From contig OZ024741.1 of NCBI GenBank assembly GCA_964016885.1, forward strand, positions 135,160,001 through 135,224,000: DNA of 64,000 nucleotides, written 5' to 3'. The stretch is from Eledone cirrhosa (Eukaryota). The notes under the pieces were generated by a model that saw only the letters and a program-made list of their open reading frames with translations, was not told the DNA's origin and did no database searches. The position numbers and the translations under genes were made by a program. Below, piece after piece: positions 39,098 through 52,379 of this stretch (position 1 is its first letter; every line of letters starts with the position of its first letter).

Positions 39098-39824
39098 AAA
39101 AGTTGATAGATGTAAACAAAGCAAAGATAAATGTAAAAGTAAGTGTTTAAGAACTTGAAATTAAACAGCTAGCATCCGTTTCTAGTTAAAATGATTTCGA
39201 GAAATTTGTAAGAGTGAAATATATTTCCTTCTATGGCTTAGATGTAATCATATTCTCATATCTTTTGTTTAAAATTAAAAACTAAAATGAAACATCATAG
39301 TTCTACTTCTTTTTATTTCAAATTAACAGGAAATAAACAATTACATTTTATACTGTGACTGTACGAGTTAATTGAAACGTCATTAGTATAGCGTGAGTGA
39401 AGGCGGTTAAAAAGTAGAGTGTAAAACCATAACCAAGGAGAAGGGAAATAGGAAATAATGTATTTTCTGTTTTCTTTCTTTAATAGATAAACGAAATCAT
39501 ATTCTGGTTTTCTCCCAACAGACACTTTCTTATCTTCCCAATTCATTTCGCTTTTCGATAAGTTTTCATTAGAATATTTTTTTCCCTCTATACTTGAAAA
39601 TAAATTTTTCCTATAGAGCGCGAGATAAAAATGGAAGCAAATCTGGAAATATGGCGGCGGGGGTGAGGGAGATGGGGAGAGAAATAAAATGAATTATCAA
39701 AGAGAAACATGAAGACAATGTTATGTATTTTATTATTTTTGTTTCAAAATTTGTTGTTGTTGCCAATTGAAATCTGCACCAATTGCTAATGCTTCCCTGA
39801 TTGATTTTCTACATGTACATAATA

Positions 39825-40240
39825 TAGCTTTGTGGTTAGAGTGTTTGGGTCACGATCATAAGGTCTTAAGTTCGATTCCCGGTGGCGCGTTATGCCCTTG
39901 AGCAAGAAACGTTATTTTACGTTGCTCCACTTCACTAAGCTGGAAAAAATGAGTTGTACTTGTTACACACAGTCACGTTGAATCTCACTGAGAACTACAA
40001 TAAGGATGCACGAGTCTGTGGAATGTTCAGTCACTTACCATATAATACAAGCTAGACTGTACATGTAATTTAAAGGGCAAGCTTTGTCACACAGTGTCAC
40101 ATTGAATCTCCCTGAGAACTACGTTAAGTGTGCACATGTCTGAAATGTTCAGTCACTTATATTATAATACAAACTGGACTACACCTGTAATTTAAAGGGC
40201 AAGCTTTGTCACACAACGTCACACTGAATCTCACTGAGCA
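39825..40240 (+). mobile_element. SINE family C copy with tandemly repeated 3' part
   Basis: gtggttagagtgtttgggtcacgatc..gttcgattcccgg; gtcacattgaatctc block occurs three times. Confidence 0.6.
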
Positions 40241-41690
40241 ACTGAAATTTATGATATGTAAATAGGAGAGAGTAAACTGACAGAATTTAGTTTTCTTATT
40301 AGTAAACCCGTGCCGTCAATAATGACGTCAATATCATTGAACGTAGTTAATTTCTTTTAGATTAGTACGTCATATATACTAGGATATATACCGAGGATGT
40401 GAACAATCAAACAAACTGGGAAGTTTGTGTGAAATGAACGATCGTATAAAGTGGGAAATTTGCATTTTGATAATTCCATGGTTTGCATAAAAGAAACCCT
40501 ATAGTTTATGTTGATTACTGAAACGTGGAAGTGATTAAATATAAGAATATTTAATAATTTTTTTTTAGAATATAATTACATAAATGTTCAGCTTGAGGAT
40601 TAAATGTATGGGTAACTTTGAATAAATAGCTATTTACAGGGACTAATGTAGGGTTTGAACCCTGGACCGTGTGATTGGAAAGCGAACTTCTTATTGTAAC
40701 AATATGACCGAGAAAAGAAATACACTGTGTGTTGGTGCATGTGTGTATAAATTCTAAAGAGCTACAGACAGATATATATCATTAAATATACAAACATACA
40801 CAGCGTATTATTATGGTTGATAAGCGAAAAACGCAGGAACTAAGAAAAGTAGCGATTTGAGTGAGCAAAAATTATATTTGTTGGTATATATGTATTATAT
40901 ATTTGAAGAATAAAACAAATATGTACGAGCTATCGAGTAACTCGATCTTCTAGATATGGTATCGAAATCATTATCTAGCCCCATCCTGTTGTCCGCCCAC
41001 AAATAATAGTCCAGACTGTTTTATGCTTGAATGGGACGCCAACTGCTGGAATTCCTTTTCAGCCGAGCGGACCTGAGATTAAAGTTATATATCCGATTAA
41101 ATGATATAATATATTCCGTAAAATATATGTTGGTCGGATGTATACGTCTGTGGGGTGTCTGTGGTGTGTCTGTGCTTAAGTACGGTAACATAGCTGTTCG
41201 AAAAATACAAAACAAAACGATACAACGAAAACAAACAACAAGAAAATAAGTACCAGATAAAAAAATAGCGGTGCCGATATGATTGATTAAATAAGCCCGT
41301 ACCTCAGCATGACCGTAGTCTTATGACTGAAACCAGTGAAAGAATAAAAAAAATACCAGTAATAAGGTGAGGGTATTTCACCCTCAACAACAACGCCAAG
41401 TATTCTGCTAATGGCAACGACAGAAATCAATATTAATATATATTCAAGATCGGAAAGAAATAATTGTAGTAATTAGTATAACATTTGAAGGTTTGTTGGC
41501 ATTAAAAGCCTGTATAGCGTTTCATAGCAATTGCGGTAACTTAATCACAGTGTTTCAATGAAGGCTTATGAACAAACGTTTTAAAGGAAGAAACAATTAA
41601 GGTAGATTACAGGTGAATGTAAACAGTTTCTGAAAACACACACACACACGTGTGTGTGTGTACATGAATGTATATATATAATTTATGAAT

Positions 41691-41740
<50 letters not shown>

Positions 41741-41756
41741 TGCTTGTATATATATA

Positions 41757-42639
41757 CCTTTTTATCATCGTAGTGGACTATTGTATGCGCCTTGCACTGG
41801 AGAAACACCAGGACTCTGGCTTTACTGTAGCATCAGCTCAGAGCAGGAGAGTTAAGGCGAAAAAGATATCGGATGCTGAATTTGCCGACGACATAGTTTT
41901 GGTGACAAATACAGTGAAGGAGGCAGAGGATTTGATGCGGGAGGCTGAGACTGTGTCGATGAGTGTGGGGCTGAGAATGAATGAGACTAAAACAAAATAT
42001 CTGGTAGAGAATGTTGAGAAGCCAGAGGGGATCACTAATGTAGGCGGGAAGCCGCTAGAATTGGTCGAGGACTTCCTGTATTTGGGAGCAAAGATTTGGA
42101 ATACGGAAGATGATGTGGTTGAGAAGAAGAGCAAAGCTTGGGCGGCGTGCCACAGCTTGAGATCGGTGTTGAAGTCGGACCTTCGTAAAGACTTGAAAAT
42201 CCGCCTCTTCATTGCTGTAGTGGAGTCTGTGCTGCTGTCCGGGTCTGAGACTTGGACACTGACCAAGAAACTCACTCAGATGGTGGACGGGTGCTACACG
42301 AGAATGCCGAGGATGGCTCTGAACATTAATCAGTATACACTGAGGATGAAAAACTCAGAGCTGTATGGGAGCCTCCCAAAAGTCAGCTCAAAAGTGACAC
42401 AGAGGAGACTGAGGTTAGCTGGACATGCTCACCGACATCCAGAGTTGACATTGCACTCAGTGCTCCTGTGGGAGCCCCAACATAGCCACACTGGAAGAGG
42501 AAGACCAAGGTTAACGTATGTTGATGCCCTAAGGACAGACACTGGTCTGTTGGAGACGCAGGACATGGCACCGATAATGAGGGAGAGAGACCGCTGGAGA
42601 GAACTCGTCCATGGATCTCGGGAATTTGACCCGCCCTAG
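41757..42639 (+). mobile_element. RTE-group LINE, 5'-truncated RT C-terminal ORF
   Basis: LFIIVVDY, EFADDIVL, VGLRMNETKTKY, DFLYLG, SGSETWTL, RLRLAGH, GRGRPRLTY; frame open to the stop at 42639. Confidence 0.88.
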
Positions 42640-42647
42640 AATAGAAT

Positions 42648-43070
<423 letters not shown>

Positions 43071-43154
43071 ATATTTATATATATATATATATTAGGTAGT
43101 AGATTAACAATGAAAATAAAAACAACAAAGTCAAGATATTTACCTATTCATATA

Positions 43155-43281
43155 ATTGTTTTACGATCGTTTCGGAGGGTCGATCATATTGACATAGTGT
43201 CAGGATCTATAGCAGTTATATAACTGTATACTATCAGACCTCATATATAGGTTCGATCAGACCGTCTTCTTCGGAAACAAT
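43155..43281 (-). ncRNA. Hammerhead motif (CCGAAGA core, ~95-nt stem II domain)
   Basis: attgttt-CCGAAGA-agacggtc...gaccctcc-GAA-acgatcgt-A-aaacaat; stem I 7 bp. Confidence 0.7.
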
Positions 43282-43752
43282 GAAGTTAGAATTTTTATTG
43301 GTAGTATATAAACAGGGTAGATATAAAAATATATATACCTTATAAATTCATGTTCCAGATTGCCACCTTAGATTGATACTGGCAGTGGGAGGAGAATAGT
43401 GGAATTCTATGAACAAATGTCATTTAAGGTCGTTAAGTGGGTGAATACCAGAGCAAAGACAGTGAATAAGAAGATGGATAGGAGGATAGATAGGAAGAGA
43501 TGGAAGAGGTGGTAAGAGCAGAAGGCAAAAAAGAAGATGAAAGCGCAGAAGAAGAAGAAGAAGAAGAAGAAGAAGAAGAAGAAGAAGAAGAAGAATGGGA
43601 AGAAGAAGAAGAAGAAGAAGAAGAATGGGAAGAAGAGGGGAAGAAGGAGAAAACACCGGAGGATTTGAAATTTGTTTAAATGTAGAAATCCCAAACGCGG
43701 TAAAAAACTAACAGAACGTCCCTATTTTACTCGAAACCGAAACTATTATTTG

Positions 43753-43941
43753 GTGGATTGGCAGTATCGGTAGATGGTCGGACGCCATGCTTTGCAGCAT
43801 AGAGTTACGGCCCTTTCTGATCTGAGTTCAAATCCCACCGGGGTTAACTCTGCCTTTCATTCTTACGGGGTTGATAAAATAAAGTACCAGTAATGCACTG
43901 GGATAATTGCTGGCCTTGTGCCAAAAGTAGAAACAATTATT
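43753..43941 (+). mobile_element. SINE family A, near full length
   Basis: ggtggattggcagtatcggtaga...gagttcaaatccc...gtagaaacaattatt; flanked by (t)attatt. Confidence 0.88.
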
Positions 43942-44402
43942 TATAGCGATCTGCATTTTTTTACACTCATACACACACACTTACACCCATACACACGCAC
44001 ACACACGCACACGCACATGCACACACACTCACACACACACGTATATATATATATAACGCAGGGCATCAGGATGTGATATTTGTAAAGTCTATAGTTTCAT
44101 ATAATGATATATGGTTTTGTGTCTTCTTTATCAGTTGCTTTGACGAACGCCTTGCCATTTGTAAATGTTGTCAATTTTGTCAATGATGATGGATTATGTT
44201 TGGCAGAAACATGGAAAGTTTAATGGTCGGAAAAGTTCAAGGAATTGGAAGCAGTTTATGAGTCCATCTGAATGAGATTAGTATGGAACTCACTTATGAA
44301 TCCCTACATAAAATGCCACTGTCATTCTTATTGTGTAACCGTGGTTATATCTAAAATACCTTTCCTTAAAAATTTTAAATACATGCTGTGTGCTCTAGCA
44401 TG

Positions 44403-44470
<68 letters not shown>

Positions 44471-44804
44471 TTTATTCTTATTATTTTTTATAAAATGTTC
44501 TCAACACTGTTGGATGGTACCTGAGGTTTCAAAGCCTACTCTAGTACACGCCTGAGAGGTGCTATATCTGCTAGTGTTGCTTTTCTTTCGGGCAATACCA
44601 AATAATATACGTTTAGCCCTGTACTTATTATAGGGTATGTAAGGTTTGAAAAATAAAATACAAAGGCTGACGTTTTGGTTATTTAAAATATGGTTCATTA
44701 CAAGGGGTATATATGTTATATATGTGTATAAATATATATGTAAGTACACACACGCACACATACATATATATATATAAATTAATACAATGTATATATATAT
44801 ATAT

Positions 44805-45527
44805 ATAAGTATGTATACGTACATACATATATGTATACAGACGTACAGTAGTATGTATATATATACATACATGCACACATATATATGTACGTATGTATTT
44901 ACCGACATTTATTATAATGCTCGGTTTGTTTGTAAACAACATCCCGAATATATACGTACATATATATATGTGTGCATGTATGTATATATATACATACTAC
45001 AGTACGTCTGTATACATATATGTATGTACGTATACATACTTATATTTAAATAACAGCCGTACTAAGAGTGAGAAATGAAATTTCGTTTCATTTTTTCCAT
45101 TTATCGTTTTCGGTGCGCTCGGCCGATTAACTCACTCGATATGCAAATTAGGCTGCTCAGCCGTTAATATGCATAAGGAAAGTATATACTTTCAGACGTT
45201 CAATCATCTGGCAGGAAGGTATACGGTGCTGACGATAGCTAATAAGCTTGAAACTAGTACATCGTTCCTTTGTCAGTGTTGAACAAAAGGGCAACGATGG
45301 TTGCTAAACACTGTACGGCTTAATTCGGGATGTTTGTTTACAAACAAACTAAGCATTATAATAAATGTTCGGTAAATCCATACGTACATATATATATGTG
45401 TGCATGTATGTATATATATATATACTACTGTATGTCTGTATACATATATGTATCTACGTATACATACTTATATTTAAGTAACAGCCGTACTAAGAGTGAG
45501 AAATGAAATTTCGTTTCATTTTTTTCC

Positions 45528-45532
<5 letters not shown>
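44805..45532 (+). mobile_element. Family M2 mini-element with complete PLE-like architecture (inverted piece + partial tandem)
   Basis: 44805-44949 is an inverted copy of 45323-45472; 44952-45104 is a direct copy of 45380-45532; unit ~430 bp; no ORF. Confidence 0.85.
45223..45265 (+). ncRNA. Minimal type I hammerhead ribozyme (M2)
   Basis: acggtg-CTGACGA-tagctaataagctt-GAA-actagt-A-catcgt. Confidence 0.82.
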
Positions 45533-45579
<47 letters not shown>

Positions 45580-45599
45580 TTATTAAAATAACAGATTAA

Positions 45600-45650
45600 A
45601 GTTTGAGCAAAGAATCGTTGCTTTCACCATTAACGGGATCTTCTGAAATT
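45600..45650 (-). ncRNA. Hammerhead motif, CAGAAGA core variant (paralogue of 21977)
   Basis: aattt-CAGAAGA-tcccgttaatggt-GAA-agcaacgattctttgct-C-aaact. Confidence 0.58.
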
Positions 45651-45688
45651 TATATGTATATATATATGTATATATGTGTATATATGTG

Positions 45689-45772
<84 letters not shown>

Positions 45773-45919
45773 ATATATGTGTGTGTGTATATATACATGT
45801 GTGTGTATATATATGTATATATGTCTGTGTATATACATATGTATATATGTCTATGTATATATATATATGCGTGTATATATGTATATATGTGTGTATGCAT
45901 ATATGTATATATATATGTA

Positions 45920-46001
<82 letters not shown>

Positions 46002-46003
<2 letters not shown>

Positions 46004-46174
46004 AACGAAGGAAATGTGGTAAGGAACCAGGTCGACCATAATGCACCAAAGTACTCAATACTTAGGGTAGTAGAGTGGGTAATAGGAACAAGTAAGACCC
46101 CGACGGCTGAGCTCAAGCCGTTTCGATGGCTAATTCTGGACTGAATGAAAATTTATTCTAGAATAATACTTGTT

Positions 46175-46176
<2 letters not shown>
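46002..46176 (-). mobile_element. Short repeat with an HHR 3' half
   Basis: Reverse strand GAA-acggcttgagctcagccgt-C; homologous to 34043-34167. Confidence 0.6.
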
Positions 46177-46244
<68 letters not shown>

Positions 46245-46248
46245 TTTC

Positions 46249-46748
46249 ACTCTACATGGCTGAATACCATAAATGTATTCTGAGTTTTTCGAATATTAAT
46301 AATAATATTCAATTCGTTTGCAATTATGCAAACAAGCCTCATTCTTGCTCTTGAATCTGGCAACGCCGGCCATTGATCGTGTACAGCAAACTGACTGGCC
46401 AGTCTGCTGATATGCAAATTTGGCTGATCAGTGGATCTGCTAATATGCAGATCTGACTGATTAGCCAAATTTGCTAATATGCAAATTAGCCCGATCAGTC
46501 ACTGTATATTTTAGAAAATAGCATATATTTTTACTAGCTCTGACAGTTGGCAGCTGAACAGTGAACTGTACTGATGAAGGGTTATATCCGGAAACATTAG
46601 TGTCTGCAGTTCTGTTTATATGCCAACACAAGAGCAAGAATGAGGGGCTCATTCTACTGACATGGCTTTAAAAATGAGGCTTCTTTGTACAATTGCAAAC
46701 CAATCGAATATTATTATTAATATTTCAAAAACTCAGATTACATTTATT
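46249..46748 (+). mobile_element. Non-autonomous HHR mini-element, family M1
   Basis: 46270-46352 is an inverted copy of the 3' end (46630-46745); three palindromic ~33-bp subrepeats, then the HHR; flanked by (TA)n. Confidence 0.85.
46563..46612 (+). ncRNA. Type I hammerhead ribozyme (M1)
   Basis: gaactgta-CTGATGA-agggttatatccg-GAA-acattagtgt-C-tgcagttc. Confidence 0.82.
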
Positions 46749-46759
46749 ATATATATATG

Positions 46760-46800
<41 letters not shown>

Positions 46801-46897
46801 GCATGTCAACATGAATGGACCTGTTATTTTTATCTAAAGACATCTTTTTCTAATTCCAACCCACCCGTCCCTTTAATCTATCTTATTTCTCATTCTT

Positions 46898-46933
46898 TCT
46901 TCTGATGAAGGACTAGCATCCGAAACGTTAAGA
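46898..46933 (+). ncRNA. Minimal hammerhead ribozyme (family M3)
   Basis: tctt-CTGATGA-aggactagcatcc-GAA-acgt-T-aaga. Confidence 0.75.
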
Positions 46934-47019
46934 CCCTCTTCCTGCTATTTCTAGCGTTAACCTAATATATTCCTTCCTTATACTATACGATTGTGTTGTT
47001 ATATCTGTTTACCTTTTAC

Positions 47020-47120
<101 letters not shown>

Positions 47121-48831
47121 ATATATATATATAATGTGTGTGTGTTTGAATTCACTAATGAATATGTATGAAACACATGTAGCTGAGCATAGAGCTTTAC
47201 ACCCCCCCCCGATAAAATCTGATGATTCCTTCACTCTCTTGCAACTCAGAGTATCTACCTACGTTGGTACTATAATTCAGGTAGCAAAACCAACAAATGA
47301 GAGCCACTTGCTGTGTTGGCTAATAGAGAATACCGGTTGTATTGATTTTTCATTGGACAAATATTATCATTGCTTTCTGACACTTACTGGCTTCTGTTGT
47401 TTTAGAGAAATGTAAAGAAGAAACGGCAGCCTAGTCGCTGTTTATCATAGTTGTTCTACGTTGAGAATTAATATTGATATAGCAGACTGTACTTGATGAA
47501 CTGTATGTTTTCTCATATCAGTATTTACTAACCACTTCACTGATGCAGCATGGCCAAATGGTTAAAAAGATTGTTTCGTAATCAAAAGTCCCTGGTTCAT
47601 TCCCAACTGCGTAGTATCTGGGATCAAGTGTTATTTTCCATAATATTGATATAACAGATTGCACTTGATAAACTGTCCGTTTTTTTTATATCTCTACTAC
47701 ATCATAGTCACAACATCGAACAGAAGGGAAAGGAAAGAAAAGAGCCTTTGACTCCTTATGGACTAATAGAAGCACCTTTATGATATACAAAAACGAATTT
47801 TTCCAAAGAAATTGAGCGGGAAAGAAAGGGGACTACGATAAAAGAGAAATCAAATCTTAGTTTTTGAACTGGTACTTTATTTATCGATCTGAACGGATGA
47901 AACGAAAAGTTGATCTAGGTGTGATTCGAGTGAAAGAGCAGGAACAAATACTGCAAAGCATTCTCGTCGACGTTTTTATCGCTTTCTGTTTATTATTATT
48001 TAAAAAAAATTATTTTCATTATTGTGTACTAACATTATCTCCCTTGTTGCAGTTTACATTGTTTCCTTCTGACATTTACAGCTTTTATTCTTTTCGATGA
48101 CTATAATAATAATAATTACTCCAGATAGGAGGCGTTGGGAGGCTTGCCTAAGGACTCTGTCTCCACGACCCTCCCAGAACTAAGTGGGTGAAGAAAAAGT
48201 AAAAAACTATTACTATACACATGGACGTTGAGATGACTATATTTCAAATTTTCCAACACTTCTTAAGTCAACCGGATTTTATGTGTTCTTTGTTCTTTTA
48301 ATGATTTTGGTTAGATATTACAAATGTAAATGTGCGCGTGATTTATATTATTTTCATTTGACAGAGCTATTTGTTACACGACGATTTGTTAACCTTAGAT
48401 AATCTGTTTTGTAAACATGGTTTGTTTTCCTTTATTTTCGTTTCTGAATTATTTGTTGTCATAATGTTTGTTTTTCCCTCTTGTTTTGGAATCTTTTTCT
48501 TCGTGGGTTCTATATCAATTTCATTTGCTTGGAGCGCTTATTTTTAGTCTAAATTCCTGATGCTCAAATATCCTTAACATTCTTGAACATTCTCGTTTTA
48601 CTGCTAGGAAATATACGAATTTTTTTCACTCCAAAAATACTCTCTTAATGTAATTTTCATAACCATGGCCGCAGTCCAATCACTATAGCCAATAAAAGAA
48701 TATTTTGGGAAAAACGAAAAACAAAAAAATAATACCATTGAAATGGCGTTTAACTCTGGAATATTTTATATTCAACGTTAAAATAATTTTTTCCTGGCAT
48801 TTTAAAGAAATATGAAAATCCATTAAAATAG

Positions 48832-49030
48832 GGCTATGTATGGCTATGTGGTTAAGGAGCACACTTCACAACTATGTGGTTGTAGGTTCAGGGCATCTGC
48901 GTGTCAAGTGTCTTCCATTATAGCCTCATGTTTGACGATGCCTTGAGAAGGATTTGAAAACAAATATTGGGGTCGAAATAAAAGCTGTACCTCAGCATGA
49001 CCGCAGTCTGACTGAAGAAAATATAAGAAT
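48832..49030 (+). mobile_element. SINE family B copy with internal deletion
   Basis: tggctatgtggttaaggagcacacttcacaac head and gtacctcagcatgaccgcagtc tail. Confidence 0.55.
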
Positions 49031-49907
49031 ATATTGAATATTTACAAAGATGTATCTACAATTTTACCAAACTTCTGATACAAGCATGTTTATGGAGTCT
49101 TAAGGCCAGCCTGTTAAAAAACCCAATCAAGGTTATGTTCCCTTTACTCTTGAAGTGGTAGGAGCACAGCCCTTACACAGGGCGTGTGATAGGTATTTTA
49201 TAACCTGGCGGAGTATATCATCAGGTCAGAACACAGCCAATTTCTTCGAAAGAGAGAGGGAGAGAACGAAAAATAAACTCCAGTACTGGACTGATACTTT
49301 ATTTATCAACACCGAGAGGACCAAAGGTGGGATTTGCACTCAAAGCGCAATGAATCAGAAGAAATACCGATGTATTTTAACCCCTGGGTCTTAAGGACTC
49401 TTTCAGTCAGCCGCCTTACTAGCTTGTTTACAGCATCTTAACACCAGTGTGTTTATATGATAACCCACTCTTGCCTACATCTGCAATCCTAACGTTTGTC
49501 CAGTTTTGAACGGAGTCCAAATACATCCAAACACTGTTGGACACAATTCAATGTATAAATATTAAACTTGAATTACTATGTTGTATTCCAGACGAGATAC
49601 TGGAAACAATTTCGTTAGATGTATAATTAAAAATAAAATAAACAACGTCAGCAAATATAACTCTTAACATCCTATAATGGTTTAGCGAAGGCGGTGAAGT
49701 GGCAGGGTCGTTAGAATGTCGAATAGAATGTTTACGCTCTGGTTCTCTAATTCTGAGTTCAATTCCAATAGAAGTCGTTTGTTGGACATTTTTAAGTCTG
49801 GCAGAGCCATCCATCTCAAGTTGGAGGTTTCTTTCAGAGAAGGATAGAATCCCGTTCCTTCCTCTTATCACTAATTACTTTCTATTTATCTTCTATTTGT
49901 AACTCTT

Positions 49908-49943
49908 TCTTCTGATGAAGGACTAGTGTCCGAAACGTTAAGA
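49908..49943 (+). ncRNA. Minimal hammerhead ribozyme (M3)
   Basis: tctt-CTGATGA-a ggac tagt gtcc-GAA-acgt-T-aaga. Confidence 0.78.
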
Positions 49944-50029
49944 CTCCCGGATATTTCAAGCGGTAAACTAATACACTTCTTCCATGTACTGTGCTGCTTG
50001 TTTTGCTATTTTTGTTATTTCTGTTTATC

Positions 50030-50140
<111 letters not shown>

Positions 50141-50377
50141 CATATATATATACATATATATATACATATATATATATATGTATATTTATTCATTTATCTA
50201 TTAAAACGATGTTAGTCCTGTTACTCTGTAGTTTCGCCTGTAAATAGACAAGCGAAAGACAGAATTCAAACTTAGCCTTAATAAAGAAAGTATTAATCTC
50301 TACTATGGTATTCAGTATTCATTCTCATAACGGTAGATACGGAGCGTTATAAAATAAAAAAAAATAATGAAATTATT

Positions 50378-50937
50378 ATGTAAAGTGCTCAGGTGCACTA
50401 CAACTCGTCAAAGGTGCATGTATAGTACATAGAATAATATAGAAATGTCAGAGAAGTGAATAGTGTATGAGTCATGATATACATGTGTGTATGTGTATGG
50501 AAGGGGAATATTAGGTGTAGTGTTGGCGAATCTCGGGAAGCATGGAGGTTTTAAAGGATGCAGTGTCTCAACAGCTAATAACTGATGCAGGTAGTTTGTT
50601 CCATGCTTCAGCAACTCTGAGCGTGAAAAAATGTTTCCGAAAGTCATGGGAACTGTGCTGTTTTCTGACTTTGTGGGCATGCCCACTTAGGTACTCAGGG
50701 TTGTTGTTGGCAGGATGGTTAATAATGTTGTGGGTGTTTACCAAATCAGTTGCCAGGCGTTGGAGCGTCAATGTATCCATGCGCAGGGAAGCAAGGCGTT
50801 CAGAGTATGGTAGATGCAAATTCTAAGTGTGGCCGCACCATAGCCATGTACAGCTTTAAATAGATAGCTGGAGAGCGGCTGACAAACGTCTTGCTGAGTG
50901 ATGCTAAGACACCCTCGACCCTCTTGACAATTTTAGA
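50378..50937 (-). mobile_element. CR1-group LINE 3' fragment
   Basis: LYMAMVRPHLEFAS, YSERLASL, RKHFFTLRVAEAWNKLP; 3' UTR gttgtagtgcacctgagcac. Confidence 0.88.
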
Positions 50938-51504
50938 GACATGTATATATATATATATATATAAAGTGTGTGTGTGTGTGTGTGTGTATGTATACATTCA
51001 CTCTCTTTCTCACACACACTTTTACAATTTTTATCATGTTTCTGCCTTCCTCCACGTATTGATTTGGGATACTATTCTGTCAATGTATGTCATAGAAACA
51101 AACTCGTATCATTATAGGAAATTAATTATTTTGACACAACACATTTATTATTATATTTCTCAGTGAGAATATATATTTATGTAAATAACATTGTTAAAAA
51201 ACGTTGCATTAGATTTTGAGTTATTTAAAGTTAATCCAGTATTAAAACCTCTGGAGTTTAATATGACACTTTAAATTATGACACTAAATTTAGTGTGATA
51301 CACTGGCATTCCTTGTAAATATAGATGTCATATGTATAAGAAATTCCTGGAGTTTCTTCCTACTGTATTTTTTGACGAGAACGGATAATTCATTAAATGC
51401 TTGTATTTTCTCACTACGGCTATAATTTTAGTTAATGTGAGCCATAATGTTATCGTTCTACCTATATTGCCAAACCACCGCCCTCATGCAGACAAATAAT
51501 GCTT

Positions 51505-51655
51505 TCTGATTTAGGCACATTGGCCAACAATGTTTTGGGATGGGAAAGTCGATTAAATCAACCCCAGTGCAATACTGATACTTTATTTTATCGACCCCGT
51601 AACGATGACAAGCAAAGCAGTCTCGCTAGGATTTGAACTTGAATCGTAAATGTGT

Positions 51656-51730
<75 letters not shown>

Positions 51731-51770
51731 ATAAAGGATAGTGTCCGACGCTCTACCGATACTGCTAATT
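51505..51770 (-). mobile_element. SINE family A, diverged, split by (TA)n
   Basis: tttattttatcgaccccgtaacgatga...ggatttgaact and gtccgacgctctaccgatactgc. Confidence 0.7.
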
Positions 51771-51931
51771 TACTGCTAATTGTGGGGAGATAAAATATAT
51801 TTTAAAATGATTTTGGAATAATTTAAGAATATTCACTTCAAAACTACATTTAATGTATTTTGTGCATTTAGTTTGATGCATCCATTGATGACACACTTCA
51901 CTATGTGTAAGTATATATGTATATGTATATG

Positions 51932-52233
51932 ATAACTAACAAAAAGTTATCGCTCTACATGGCTGAATACCATAAATGTAATCTGAGATTTTCGAGTATT
52001 AATAATAATATTCGATTCGTTTGCAAACAGCCTCTTTTAAGCCATGTCAGTAGAATGATCTTCTTATTCTTGTCTTTGTGTTGACATGTAAACAGAACTG
52101 CTGACACTAATGTTTCTGGGTAATTACCATTCATCAGTGCTTAAAAGCTTAAGCTGACATGGTTTAAAAGAGGCTGTTTGCAGATTACATATATTGTATT
52201 CAGCCATCTAGAGCGATAATTTTTTGTTAGTTA
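51932..52233 (-). mobile_element. Family M1 mini-element with inverted termini and an HHR truncated in stem I (52095-52140)
   Basis: ataactaacaaaaagttatcgctctacatggctgaatac mirrored at 52196-52233; CTGATGA-atggtaattaccca-GAA-acattagtgt-C. Confidence 0.78.
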
Positions 52234-52308
52234 TACATTTATAATTTGCTTGTTTATCATTCACTTGCTAAGTTCATAGCTTCTAATTCGAATGGAAGGA
52301 GACGGGAT

Positions 52309-52379
52309 GTGTATTGGTGTAATGGTAGCACAGTGGTCCGGATAACCAAAGATGTGGGTTCGACTCCCATGTACGGCAA
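52309..52379 (+). pseudogene. tRNA-like sequence (pseudogene or repeat head)
   Basis: A box tggtgtaatgg, B box ggttcgactcc, T stem gtggg/cccat, anticodon-like stem tggt/acca; acceptor stem and anticodon loop imperfect. Confidence 0.5.

Noticed and set aside
38933-39124. Possible host exon on the minus strand
   Set aside because: Another frame gives the RTE WAGHV tail motif, so it is a LINE remnant
44512-44595. Minus-strand GAA-acctcaggt-A with aaagc/gcttt stem
   Set aside because: Core has an extra base and stem I does not pair
52309-52379. Functional tRNA gene
   Set aside because: Acceptor stem broken and anticodon loop non-canonical; kept only as tRNA-like
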